64,000 nt of DNA from Terriglobia bacterium (GTDB lineage Bacteria > Acidobacteriota > Terriglobia > 20CM-2-55-15), in assembly GCA_965218585.1 (NCBI GenBank), contig CBDCLE010000024.1, positions 321,037 through 385,036 on the forward strand, in the 5' to 3' direction. Made by a program: the position numbers and the translations under genes. Shown piece by piece: positions 51,316-61,258 of the stretch. Position 1 is the first letter of the stretch; each line of letters opens with the position of its first letter. The notes under the pieces were generated by a model, which was not told the DNA's origin, did not search any database, and saw only the letters and a list, made by a program, of their open reading frames with translations.

Positions 51316-51495
51316 CGGTACAGGTCACTCGTTAGACAGATCACACGGACAAAGAGACGGATTGCACGTGGTTCTTCACGCGGATTGTGCGAATTGATCA
51401 CGCAGTGCTCTGGAGTTTCTTGACTAGTGACAGCCGTGGACACTAGCATGGGTCGGTTGACCGAATCCTGCCGTTGAAAGGGAGTATCAGCAGCC

Positions 51496-51902
51496 ATGAG
51501 ACTTCTGTTGTGTTCTCTGGATAGGTTTCATCTCTGCAGCGACGCCCCTCTGGGCCCATCACTCGTTTGTAGCTGTGTTCGATCGAGCCCAGCCCGTCAG
51601 CGTGACCGGAACGATCACGAAGGTGGAGTGGACGAACCCGCATATCTGGTTTTATGTCGATGTTGACGGTGGAAATGGAGAGGTGACGACGTGGGGCTTT
51701 TCGGCCGCACCTCCAGGTGTCCTCATGAGACGAGGCATCACCAGAGGATGTCCTCGAGCTTGGATCCGTGATCAACGTCGAGGGTTTTCGAGCCCGGGAC
51801 GGTTCCAATAACGCCTCTGGCGGGCGTGTGACGTTCCCCGACGGCCGGAACGTGTTCACGGCTTCAAGAGAAGATGCTGCTCCCGAAACCGAACGCAGGT
51901 AA
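51496..51902 (+). pseudogene. DUF6152-like exported protein (copy E), two apparent frameshifts
   Basis: Reconstructed as ...TPLWA-HHSFVAVFDRAQPV...EWTNPHIWFYV...RRGITR/DVLELGSVINVEGFRARDG...ERR*. Confidence 0.75.
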
Positions 51903-51941
51903 ACCTTGACAGCCTTCATAGCGAGGATAGCGAGGTCCCCC

Positions 51942-52736
51942 ATGAGAAATCGTTTACTGTACTCCGTCATTGCCTTGTCGACTTTAGCTCTCGTAGTGTC
52001 CGGGATGACGTTACTTCGTCCAAGCCCAGTCCGGGAGCGAATCGGGCGATCAGGGTTTCCCCGAACCTCGCTCGGGAAGCCCCGACTTTTCGGGGTTCTG
52101 GTCTCAGCCCCGACATCCGGATGCTCGCGGAGGCGGAGCTACCGTCTTTACAGAGGAAGAAATGCCTCCGTTTCAACCGGGCGGAGAAGCGCTTTTTTTC
52201 GAGCCCCGAACAGGCGATCCCTACCATGACGAACCACGCGCGTTCTGCCTGCCGTCCGGTTTTCCATCTGCATTCTTTGGTCCCTATCCGGTCCAGATAG
52301 TCCAGGCGGAAAAATGGATGGTCATGGTGACCGAGTTCCAGCGCACGGCCAGGCTCATCCCATTGGACGGCCGCCCTCATCTTGAAGGGATAGAGCCGAC
52401 GTATTACGGCGATTCGGTGGCCCATTGGGAGGGGGACGTTCTCGTTATCGACACCACGAACTTCAAGAGATGGTCTCTCGACGACTACTACTACGTGAAC
52501 CCAGAAGAGTATCGGATGCACAGCGACGCGTTTCACACCATCGAGCGACTGCGATTCCTCGATTCAGGCACTCTCTCCTACGAGTTCACCGTCGATGATC
52601 CCTAAGATTTTTACTGCACCGTGGACTGAACAGCTTGAGATGGAACTTCACCCGGAGTGGGAGCAAGTCGGCCTCTACGAATTCGTTTGCGAGGAAAACA
52701 ATCGCTGTCCGGGGTGGAGACTGCAGCGCTCAGTAG
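51942..52736 (+). pseudogene. Exported DUF6152-partner family protein (copy 6), several apparent frameshifts
   Basis: PDFSGFW, FCLPSG, RLIPLDGRPH, YYGDSVAHWEGDVLVIDT, IERL, TVDDP/KIFTAPWT and YEFVCEENN, spread over different frames. Confidence 0.75.
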
Positions 52737-52814
52737 CGATACTCGGCTCCATCTACGTAGAGAACCCCCAGGCATCCACTTTTTCTTCATGTCCCCTGCG
52801 GTTAGAATTCCTTC

Positions 52815-53189
52815 ATGGAAAACGACAGGATGGCCGAGTCTTTAGACGATGTTGCCCGAGCACTCGGAATCGGAAGCATCCAACGACACATCTTTCTTTG
52901 TGCTGACCAGACCAAACCCAAGTGTGCTCCCAGGGACGAAACCAATCAGGCTTGGGACTATTTGAAGAAACGCCTGGCTGAATTGGGCCTTCAACAGGAC
53001 GAGACCCGGGTTTATCGTACGAAGGCGAACTGTTTGAGGGTGTGCCAGCAGGGGCCGATTGCTGTCGTGTATCCCGAGGGCGTGTGGTATCACTCGGCAA
53101 CGTCCGAGGTTCTGGAGCGCATCATCAACGAGCACCTTATTGAAGGGAATCCGGTTGATGAGTTCGTCTTTGCCCGCAATCCACGCTAG
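52815..53189 (+). CDS. Thioredoxin-like [2Fe-2S] ferredoxin
   Basis: [30 protein letters not shown]. Confidence 0.9.
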   Translation: MENDRMAESLDDVARALGIGSIQRHIFLCADQTKPKCAPRDETNQAWDYLKKRLAELGLQQDETRVYRTKANCLRVCQQGPIAVVYPEGVWYHSATSEVLERIINEHLIEGNPVDEFVFARNPR

Positions 53190-53248
53190 TGGCCCGTACA
53201 TACAGACCACTTAGTCTTTTTCCTTCACCCATCCAGACCTGATCATCG

Positions 53249-54620
53249 ATGACGGAGCGAAGCCAGAGTGCGAGTGTTTCCTGGGGAGTCGCGGATCTAC
53301 GTGCCGAGGCCGGCGAACTCCTGAAGCTCGGACTCCCGGTTATCGGTACGCAACTGGCCCAGATTGCGATGAACGTCGTGGATACCGTGATGGCCGGCGA
53401 CCTCGGCCCCGAGGCTCTGGCCGCAGTTGCACTGGGAAGTAGCCTGTGGAGTACGTCAGCACTTTTCGTCATCGGTCTTCTGATGGCCGTCACGGCTTCT
53501 GTCTCTCATTTGTTTGGTGCTGGCCGATACGAAGAAGTGGGGCGCTTTGTCCGGCAGTCTCTGTGGCTAAGTCAGGGGCTGGGTGTGGTGTGCTTCATCG
53601 CTATTCGTAACCTGGATCCGTTGTTTTCATGGTTGGAAGTCGCGCCCGAGATCGTTCCGACGACCGAAGGGTATCTGGATGCCGTCACGTGGGGGTTGCC
53701 CGCGATGTGCGGCTTTATCGTCCTTCGGCATTTCAGTGAAGGCGTTTCGTTGACGTGCCCGGTCCTCTTCATCAGTCTGATCGGACTCGTGACGAACATC
53801 GGAGGGAACTATGTCTTTATGTACGGCCGTCTGGGTGTTCCAGCGATGGGTGCTGTGGGTTGTGGTTGGGCTACAGCGCTCGTCATGTGGATGTTGCTGA
53901 TCTCGATGACACTGTATGTCATCGTCCAGCCATACTATAGACGGTTTCGCCTCTTCAGTCGGTTCGACTGGCCACGCCGTGATTATCTTGCCGAGACGCT
54001 GGTGTTGGGTCTGCCCATTGGCGTCAGCGTGTTTATGGAGGCCAGCCTGTTCACAACGATTGCGTTGCTGATGGGATCGCTGGGGATCACGACCGTCGCT
54101 GGACATCAGATTGCGATCAACTTTGCGTCGATCACGTTCATGATTCCCTTGGGGCTTGCGATGGCCATTACGGTTCGGGTCGGTCAGGCAGTAGGGCGTG
54201 GTTCGCACCGGGAAGGCCGCCGCTCGGCTTTTGTCGGACTGATCCTGGCTCTGATGTTCATGACCGCATCGGCGACGATCATGCTGACCTTTCCCGAGTG
54301 GATCGTCGGAGTCTATACGGACGATCCCGCGGTTCGAACAATCGCGATAGATCTTCTTTTAATGGCTGCGATATTCCAGATCTCCGACGGGGCACAGGTG
54401 GCCGGAGCAGGCGCGCCTGCGTGGTCTGAAAGACACGGCCGTGCCGATGATGATTACATTCGTCGCGTACTGGGGATTCGGCCTGCCACTGGGGTATACA
54501 TTGGGGATCGTGCGCTCGATGGGGCCTCAGGCGATGTGGATGGGACTTATAGCGGGATTGACCGTGGCTGTCCTGTGTCTGAATAGCCGGTTCTATTGGG
54601 TGACGCGCCATCATGTCTGA
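53249..54620 (+). CDS. MATE efflux transporter (NorM-like), apparent frameshift near 54413
   Basis: VDTVMAG, MEASLF, GHQIAIN, RVGQAVG and FQISDG motifs; the tail resumes as LRGLKDT...YWGFGLP...MWMGL in another frame. Confidence 0.85.
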
Positions 54621-54706
54621 CGCTCCCAACGTTCTGCCCTGCGGCAAGATTGAGAAACCGGTGGAATGTTCCGAAGAAAGAAGCAACACTAGAAAATTCT
54701 GTCGAC

Positions 54707-54763
54707 CTGTAGGTGCGCTCTACGAGCGCACAATTAATGGGCGGTCACAGACCGCCCCTACAG
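54707..54763. repeat. REP/REPIN-like palindromic element, copy 3
   Basis: CTGTAGGTGCGCTCTACGAGCGCAC...GGGCGGTCACAGACCGCCCCTACAG; its reverse complement matches copy 1. Confidence 0.8.
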
Positions 54764-54844
54764 TCGGTTTCGGCTTTCACTGCAGTTCGGCCCCTCGCTG
54801 AAAAGAGCAATCGGAAGCAGGTGAGCGGAGGGGAAAACATAGAT

Positions 54845-56125
54845 ATGAATGAATCTCGCGGGCAGGCAGGTCCAGGTCCTTCAGCTCCCGCATCCGGGCC
54901 GCTGGGGCATCAACTGGCTCGCCTCAACGAACTCTTCGAAGAGATCCTGCCGGCGAATCCTTTTCAACGCGCCCGACTGGGAGAGCGTCGCGTATGCAAT
55001 AACGTGGCCGAGTATCGAGACCTTCCGCTTCTGAGCAAGGACGAGCTAGTGGCCGATTCCGCAGCTCACGCTCCGTTCGGATCGAACCTGACCTATCCGA
55101 TCGAAGAATACACGCGATACCACCAGACCTCCGGAACCACCGGGCCGCCGCTCCGGGTTCTGGATACCGACCAGACCTGGAATTGGTGGGGCCGTTGCTG
55201 GCTCGATGTGTTCAGCGCCGCTGGTGTGACCTCTGACGACCGGGCGTTCTTCGCCTTCTCCTTTGCGCCTTTCATCGGGTTTTGGGCAGCTTACCAGGGT
55301 GCATCGATGCTCGGAGCGATGACTATCCCAGGCGGAGGAGCAGATTCGGTCCGCAGACTCAAACTGATCTTCGAGACCGGTGCGACAGTGTTGTTGTGCA
55401 CGCCAACCTACGCGCTGCATCTTGCCGAAGTGGCCGAGAGGGAAGGGATTTCCTCCTCCGATTCACCCATTCGGGTGACGATCCACGCCGGAGAGCCGGG
55501 AGCCAGTCTTCCCAACACGCGCGAGCGTATTGCCGAAGCGTGGGGAGCGCGGGTACTCGATCACGCTGGAGCGTCCGAGATCGGCGCGTGGGGTATTGGC
55601 GACTCTGAAGGTCAGGGCATCTACGTCAACGAAGCCGAGTTCATCGGCGAGGTGGTTGGTCCCGAGACCCTCGAACCGGTACCCGAGGGCGAAGTGGGAG
55701 AGTTGATCCTCACGAATCTGGGGCGCGGTGCCTGCCCGGTGGTCCGCTATCGGACCGGCGACCTGGTTCGGCCCCGGCGCGTATCGACGAAAGGAGGACC
55801 GGCCAGGTTATTGCTGGAGGGTGGGGTCATCGGCCGCCTCGACGATATGATTCCCGTTCGCGGCGTGAATATATATCCGTCCGCTCTCGAAAACATCATT
55901 CGCTCTGTCACGGCGTCCGCCGAATTTCGAATCGTCGCGACGAAATCGGGTGAGATGGATGAGGTTGCGATAGAGATCGAAGGTAGCCTCCCAGTCAGCG
56001 ACAGGATCAAACGAGAGATTTTCGATCAGATCGGAATCCGCGTTGACGTAACCACTGTGGAGGAAGGTTCGCTGCCGCGATGGGAACTCAAGGCGAAGCG
56101 ACTCCACGATCTGCGGAAGGGATGA
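54845..56125 (+). CDS. Phenylacetate-CoA ligase family (PaaK-like) adenylate-forming enzyme
   Basis: QTSGTTG, TPTYALHL, AGEPG, RYRTGD and GRLDDMIPVRGVNIYP motifs. Confidence 0.88.
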   Translation: MNESRGQAGPGPSAPASGPLGHQLARLNELFEEILPANPFQRARLGERRVCNNVAEYRDLPLLSKDELVADSAAHAPFGSNLTYPIEEYTRYHQTSGTTGPPLRVLDTDQTWNWWGRCWLDVFSAAGVTSDDRAFFAFSFAPFIGFWAAYQGASMLGAMTIPGGGADSVRRLKLIFETGATVLLCTPTYALHLAEVAEREGISSSDSPIRVTIHAGEPGASLPNTRERIAEAWGARVLDHAGASEIGAWGIGDSEGQGIYVNEAEFIGEVVGPETLEPVPEGEVGELILTNLGRGACPVVRYRTGDLVRPRRVSTKGGPARLLLEGGVIGRLDDMIPVRGVNIYPSALENIIRSVTASAEFRIVATKSGEMDEVAIEIEGSLPVSDRIKREIFDQIGIRVDVTTVEEGSLPRWELKAKRLHDLRKG

Positions 56126-56165
56126 CCTTGAACGACGCTGGCCCTAATACGGGTGGTAGAGGCCG

Positions 56166-57380
56166 CTAGTACTGCATGCCGTCGGCGTCGGGCGGTCCCA
56201 GCTTGGGGCCGTATGGCGCATTGTCGAGCCACTTTCCCGCCCTTCCCCATGCAGGTGATGCCGTGGCTGCCATGCGACGCATCATCCGACGTCCGAATGT
56301 AGGTGCTGTGAGATGGTGGAGTGCCGTATTTGACGCTTCGCGATTACGCAGGGCGGCCGCCCTGCGGGAGGCGGCGAAGTGATCCACGGCGGCACTCGCC
56401 TCGTTCGCTGAACCCGCGTTGAGTGCCTTGTCGACGGCGGTGACGGCGACATAGGCATCGGGGATCCCTGAGTTCAACCCGCGTGCGCCAAACGGCGCGA
56501 AGACGTGTGCGGCTTCTCCGGTCAGCAGGATTCGCCGTCGGGAGTCGGTGAAGCTGTTCGCCACAGCCTGCCGGAATATGTAGGTCGAGACCCAGGTGGT
56601 CCGGTCCACATAGTGTGCAGGCATGACTTTGGGCAGCCACCGCCGGACCCCATCTTCGCCGCTGAACGAATCGGGGTCATCGGTGGCATGACATTGCAAG
56701 TCCACGCGCCAGTGCCCTGCGAACGGTACCTTCAATACATTACGCCCTTCGACGGCAGGGTCTTCGTAGTGAAAGACACGCTCCACCGGGAGGGGGTTGT
56801 CTGTATCTTCGGCGACGTCGACGATCACAAACGCGTTGGTGGTCTGTGGGCCTTCGAGGCGCAATCCCGAGCTCTCACGTACCGCTGAGCGCGAGCCGTC
56901 GGCAGCGATCAGGTATCGCGATCGCATGGTTCCACCGTTAGCCGTCTCGACCCTCACTCCCTCTTGGTCCGCCTGCGCTGTCCTCACCGGTGTGTCCCAG
57001 ATAAACTCCACACCGGCTTCTTTGCACGCCTTCAAGAGAACCTGCTCGGTGACGATCTGAGGCAGACTGGTTGCAGGTGGCAGCTCGTCGGCCGGAGGCA
57101 GGGGGTATGTTTGCCTGTAGACTTCGCGACCACGGTAGAGTGTGCGTCTGGTTTGCCAGAGCAGACCGTGCGAGTTCCACTCCTGCCCGAGTCCCTGTTT
57201 GATGCGTTCCAGCACCAGCAGGGATGTCCTGTGAATGAAGATGGCGCGGCTGCCGGGTCGGACCCGGTCGATGGCGCCTTCCTCTACGACAGTCACGGGA
57301 CGATCGACGGATCGCAGTGCGAGCGCCGCCGTGAGTCCTACCGGACCGGCACCGGCTATGATCACATCGCGTTCGATCAT
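56166..57380 (-). CDS. FAD-dependent aromatic monooxygenase (MhpA/PHBH family)
   Basis: GAGPVG, IAADGSRSAVR and GEAAHVFAPFGARGLNSG motifs. Confidence 0.9.
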   Translation of the reverse strand: MIERDVIIAGAGPVGLTAALALRSVDRPVTVVEEGAIDRVRPGSRAIFIHRTSLLVLERIKQGLGQEWNSHGLLWQTRRTLYRGREVYRQTYPLPPADELPPATSLPQIVTEQVLLKACKEAGVEFIWDTPVRTAQADQEGVRVETANGGTMRSRYLIAADGSRSAVRESSGLRLEGPQTTNAFVIVDVAEDTDNPLPVERVFHYEDPAVEGRNVLKVPFAGHWRVDLQCHATDDPDSFSGEDGVRRWLPKVMPAHYVDRTTWVSTYIFRQAVANSFTDSRRRILLTGEAAHVFAPFGARGLNSGIPDAYVAVTAVDKALNAGSANEASAAVDHFAASRRAAALRNREASNTALHHLTAPTFGRRMMRRMAATASPAWGRAGKWLDNAPYGPKLGPPDADGMQY

Positions 57381-57408
57381 TTTTCGCCGTTTGGCGTACG
57401 CATCGGGG

Positions 57409-59097
57409 TCATGGTGATGTCGCCGCTCCCCCGGTCAACCGGCTCATCAATGTGCCGACCACCACTACGGCGACCGCGCCCACGACGTTGTACCAGAGGA
57501 AGGATATGTCGGTGGTGACACTCACGGCGAATACCGAGAGCATCCCTGCGATGAGTCCCACGAACGCGCCGGCCCCGTTGGCAACTTTCACACCGAAGGC
57601 CAGAAGGAAAACACCCAGGAGGGATCCGTAGAAGAGCGAACCGAGCTGATTTACAGCTTCGATGAGAGAACCCAATCGTCCGGCGTAGAGAGCAACAACG
57701 CAGGCCATGCCTCCCCAGATGAACGTACTGAGGCGCGACACCATCAGGTAATGGGAGTCGGACGCATCCTTCCGGAAGTAGCGTTTGTAAAAGTCGATGA
57801 CCGTGGCGCTCGAAAGCGCGGTGAGTTCAGAGTCGAGTGACGACATGGCGGCCGCGAAGATCACGGCGATCATCAGTCCCAGAATTCCCGTTGGTATGTA
57901 CTGAATCAGGTAAGACGGGAAGACATAGTTCACATCGTTCGACGACGCACCGCGCACCTCTGTGATCAGGTCCCGGGCATCCTGGCGGAGTCCGGCCAAC
58001 TGTGCATCGTAGTCGCCGATCCGACTGTTTGCGTCAGAAACGTCGGCTCCAGTCTCACGCGCTTCCAGGAGTTCTAATGTCGCTTCCCGTCTCAGGTCAT
58101 GGACGCGTCCCTGCTCGGTTTCAAGAGCCTGGAACTCTCCGGCCCTGTCGCTGGCTTCAACCACAGCCACTTCAGCAGCGTTGAACACCAGGGGTGGGCG
58201 CTCAAAGTGGTAGAAGACGAACAGAAGGACGCCAATCGCGAGAATGCAAAACTGCATCGGCAGTTTGAAGAATGCGTTGAAGATGAGAGAAAGCCGACTC
58301 TGCTTCAGGGACTTGGCCGTCAGATAACGTTGCACCTGGCTCTGGTCCGTTCCGAAGTACGCGAGGGCGAGGAAGAGGCCTCCGATCATTCCGGACCAGA
58401 TTGTGTAGGTGTTGGAAAGATCCCAGGAAAGGTCGATGCTGGACCACATACCCTGGATGCCCCCTATATAAACCACATCGGTGAATCCGACGTCTGAGGG
58501 GAGCGTTGCGAACAGTGCCACCAGAGCGGCGCCGATGCCGACGAACATCATCAACATCTGGATGACGTCGGTCCAGATTACGGCCGTAATGCCGCCGACC
58601 ATCGTGTAGGCGATCGTCACGACGCCCATGATCAGGATCGTGATGGTTTCATCCCAACCCATGATCACCGAGAGGACGATTGCCGGGGCATAAAGAACGA
58701 TTCCGGCAGCGATCCCACGTTGTATGAGGAACAGGAAGCTGGTCAACGACCGGGTCTTCGCGTCGAAGCGATTCTCGAGGTATTCATACGCGGTGAAGAC
58801 CTTGAGCCGGTAAAAGAAGGGAACGAAGACGACGCAGAGGATGACCATTGCCAGAGGTTGAGACAGGTAGAACTGTATGAACTGCATCCCGTCGTCAAAG
58901 GCCTGGCCGGTCGTTCCTATGAAAGTGATGGCGCTGGCCTGAGTTGCCATTACTGAAAGACCGATCGCTGCCCAGGGCAGTCGCCTGTTGGCGAGCAAAT
59001 ACCCTTCGACACCCACGTTTTTTCTGCTGTGGTAGAAGGCAAAGGCGAGGACACCCCCGAAATAGAGGGTGAAAACGGCCCAGTCCAGACCGCTCAC
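57409..59097 (-). CDS. Sodium:solute symporter
   Basis: TAYEYLENRF, AVIWTD, GTDQSQVQRYL and AAAMSS motifs. Confidence 0.92.
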   Translation of the reverse strand: MSGLDWAVFTLYFGGVLAFAFYHSRKNVGVEGYLLANRRLPWAAIGLSVMATQASAITFIGTTGQAFDDGMQFIQFYLSQPLAMVILCVVFVPFFYRLKVFTAYEYLENRFDAKTRSLTSFLFLIQRGIAAGIVLYAPAIVLSVIMGWDETITILIMGVVTIAYTMVGGITAVIWTDVIQMLMMFVGIGAALVALFATLPSDVGFTDVVYIGGIQGMWSSIDLSWDLSNTYTIWSGMIGGLFLALAYFGTDQSQVQRYLTAKSLKQSRLSLIFNAFFKLPMQFCILAIGVLLFVFYHFERPPLVFNAAEVAVVEASDRAGEFQALETEQGRVHDLRREATLELLEARETGADVSDANSRIGDYDAQLAGLRQDARDLITEVRGASSNDVNYVFPSYLIQYIPTGILGLMIAVIFAAAMSSLDSELTALSSATVIDFYKRYFRKDASDSHYLMVSRLSTFIWGGMACVVALYAGRLGSLIEAVNQLGSLFYGSLLGVFLLAFGVKVANGAGAFVGLIAGMLSVFAVSVTTDISFLWYNVVGAVAVVVVGTLMSRLTGGAATSP

Positions 59098-59243
59098 TGT
59101 CCGAGGTCCAGGGTCACTGTGAAGATGTAAAGAACGATGGTGATGACCGCAACGTAGATGGCGACGGCTCCGTACAGCCAGTTCCAGCTCGGGAAGATCC
59201 CTATGCGTTCGTTTTCAGTTTCTTTCTCGAGTTCGTCCGGCAT
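59094..59243 (-). CDS. Small single-TM protein (49 aa) coupled to the symporter
   Basis: MPDELEKETENERIGIFPSWNWLYGAVAIYVAVITIVLYIFTVTLDLGQ; its stop overlaps the symporter GTG (GTGA). Confidence 0.75.
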   Translation of the reverse strand: MPDELEKETENERIGIFPSWNWLYGAVAIYVAVITIVLYIFTVTLDLGQ

Positions 59244-59313
59244 TTCGTCTCTGTGAGTGCTCCGAGGCGTCTACGGGGCCAAAGCATAGGCCAAATAAAA
59301 GAGGTGCGCAAAT

Positions 59314-59751
59314 CTAATCCCACCGCAAGATCCTTCTCCCGCCACTGATCAAAAGAAAAACGACAAGGGGTTCCCACGTCAGACCTCCGATGATATGGCC
59401 CCAGAAATGGAGTGGGAGGTCGAAACCCAGAGTGTATGGCGGAACATGAAATATCGTTTCCGACCCTGTTCGCCATGTGTAGCCGAGTGCGAGCGTTTCT
59501 ACGAGCATGTAAGGGGCGATCAATGCATAAGAAACGACGATCTGTTCCCGCCGTTCCATGGCTTTGGTTGCGTAGTAAACGATTGCGGCCAGGATGACCA
59601 TAGTCATGCTGGCGTAGCGCGCCCGGTCGTTGCCAAAACCGTATACGCTCAGGCCGAATCGGATACCACCGACGATCAGTATGCCGACGACGAAGATCGG
59701 AAGTGCCCTACCGTTTTCCCAAGACCGTAAATAGGTTAAAGTACGGCGCAT
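59314..59751 (-). CDS. Hypothetical 4-TM membrane protein
   Basis: Hydrophobic helices; start uncertain. Confidence 0.55.
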   Translation of the reverse strand: MRRTLTYLRSWENGRALPIFVVGILIVGGIRFGLSVYGFGNDRARYASMTMVILAAIVYYATKAMERREQIVVSYALIAPYMLVETLALGYTWRTGSETIFHVPPYTLGFDLPLHFWGHIIGGLTWEPLVVFLLISGGRRILRWD

Positions 59752-60091
59752 GCCCGACTGCCTGTTCTGCAAGATCATCGTAGGGGAGATTCCCTCGACG
59801 AAAGTATACGAAGACGATCGTGTTTACGCCTTCGAAGACATTAATCCTCAGGCGCCGACACATGTTCTCGTAGTGCCGAAATCCCACATCTCCACGCTCA
59901 ACGACCTGACGGCCCAAGACAATGAGATTGTTGGTCATATGGTATACACGGCATCTCGAATCGCAGCAGGCAGAGGTGTTCACGAGTCGGGCTATCGGAC
60001 TATTTTCAATGTGAATGCGGATGCGGGTCAGGTGGTGTTTCACATTCACCTACACGTTCTCGGAGGCCGTCAATTGACCGGATTGGGATAG
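59750..60091 (+). CDS. HIT family (HINT) nucleotide-binding protein
   Basis: DCLFCKI, DINPQAPTH and GQVVFHIHLHVLGGR motifs. Confidence 0.93.
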   Translation: MPDCLFCKIIVGEIPSTKVYEDDRVYAFEDINPQAPTHVLVVPKSHISTLNDLTAQDNEIVGHMVYTASRIAAGRGVHESGYRTIFNVNADAGQVVFHIHLHVLGGRQLTGLG

Positions 60092-60143
60092 CTGAGGGTC
60101 GGTTTTACTAAAGATTCCCCTAAAACCCGTCGATTGAGGGCTT

Positions 60144-60518
60144 ATGGACACGACTGTAATGGCCAATGATGCCGAAAAGCGCCGATCCGAACGGATCGTT
60201 CCGATCGGGTCGAACGAAGACGTTGTCGTTCTCCACGTTGGAGATGAGCAGCACTTAGCAAAGATCCTCGATCTCAGCGATGGCGGAACATGTGTCTATC
60301 TGGTTGAGCCCGGGGCACCGGTGGAACAGGACGACACCATGCGGATGTCCCTGTACCACAACCAGAAGATCGAAGACATCGAAGTTAAGGTTTCGAGGAA
60401 GAACGGACAGGTGATCGGCCTGGAATTTCAGGACCCGTCCGGAAAGGCCGAAGAACACGTCCGCGCCAAGATCATTCGGCTGGAAGTCGAATGGATGCGC
60501 CTGAAACCCAACGTCTGA
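60144..60518 (+). CDS. PilZ domain protein
   Basis: KRRSER (RxxxR), DLSDGG and IGLEF motifs. Confidence 0.8.
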   Translation: MDTTVMANDAEKRRSERIVPIGSNEDVVVLHVGDEQHLAKILDLSDGGTCVYLVEPGAPVEQDDTMRMSLYHNQKIEDIEVKVSRKNGQVIGLEFQDPSGKAEEHVRAKIIRLEVEWMRLKPNV

Positions 60519-60545
60519 CCCTCTCCCCATCCAGCTAAGAAATTT

Positions 60546-60689
60546 CAACGCAGAGACGCAGAGACGCAGAGAACGCAGGGATTCTGAAGGTCAGCGGAGA
60601 GGCGGCCGTCTTTGCCAACCCCCGCACGCTCTGGACTTGAATAGCTGTAGGTAGCCTATCTTCGTCTGCGTCTCTGCGTCTCTGCGTTG
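60546..60689. repeat. Perfect 25-bp inverted repeat built of ACGCAGAG units
   Basis: CAACGCAGAGACGCAGAGACGCAGA at 60546-60570 and its reverse complement at 60665-60689. Confidence 0.85.
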
Positions 60690-61240
60690 TTGCTTTTCTT
60701 GTCACTCAGGTTTTTCAGCTGAGCCCGGTAAATCTGGCGCATGCGGAGGAAGAACTCCTGGTAGTCTTTCGACTTGTAGTCGGGATAAGTCCACGGGAAG
60801 AACTGGTAGGTGTTGTTCTTGAAGTGCATTGTGACCTCGGCGAAGATGCCGCTCCCCAGATATGCCCTGTGGTAAAAATTCTTCGTTGAGGCGAGGACGA
60901 CTTTGGATTGTTCGATGTAACCGGGATCGACGTTGACCGGCCGGCGGAACTCGCCGGAAGCGTCCTGGAATTCCGTCTCGATCCGGTTGGTTTCCAGCTT
61001 CACCTCTGCCAGGGAGTCTGCGTCGAGGAGTGTCTTGAACGAAAAGAAAATGCGGTCGATGACCTCGCCCATCTCCTCTGAATAGTAATCGGTGAAGTCG
61101 AATGGGAGGACCTCGCTCTCGTGGTCGATCGGACCCAGCAACTTCACCAGTCGTTCCCGGACCTGTTCTAGCAGGCGTTCATCGGAGACTAGTACTCCAG
61201 CAAACGGTTTGACCTGCTCGAATGGCCGGACTGTGCCCAT
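60656..61240 (-). CDS. DUF4416 family protein
   Basis: FDFTDYYSEEMG, RRPVNVDPGY, LASTKNFYHRAYL and FFPWTYPDY motifs. Confidence 0.85.
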   Translation of the reverse strand: MGTVRPFEQVKPFAGVLVSDERLLEQVRERLVKLLGPIDHESEVLPFDFTDYYSEEMGEVIDRIFFSFKTLLDADSLAEVKLETNRIETEFQDASGEFRRPVNVDPGYIEQSKVVLASTKNFYHRAYLGSGIFAEVTMHFKNNTYQFFPWTYPDYKSKDYQEFFLRMRQIYRAQLKNLSDKKSNNAETQRRRRR

Positions 61241-61258
61241 ACTTTTCAATGGTACGCC

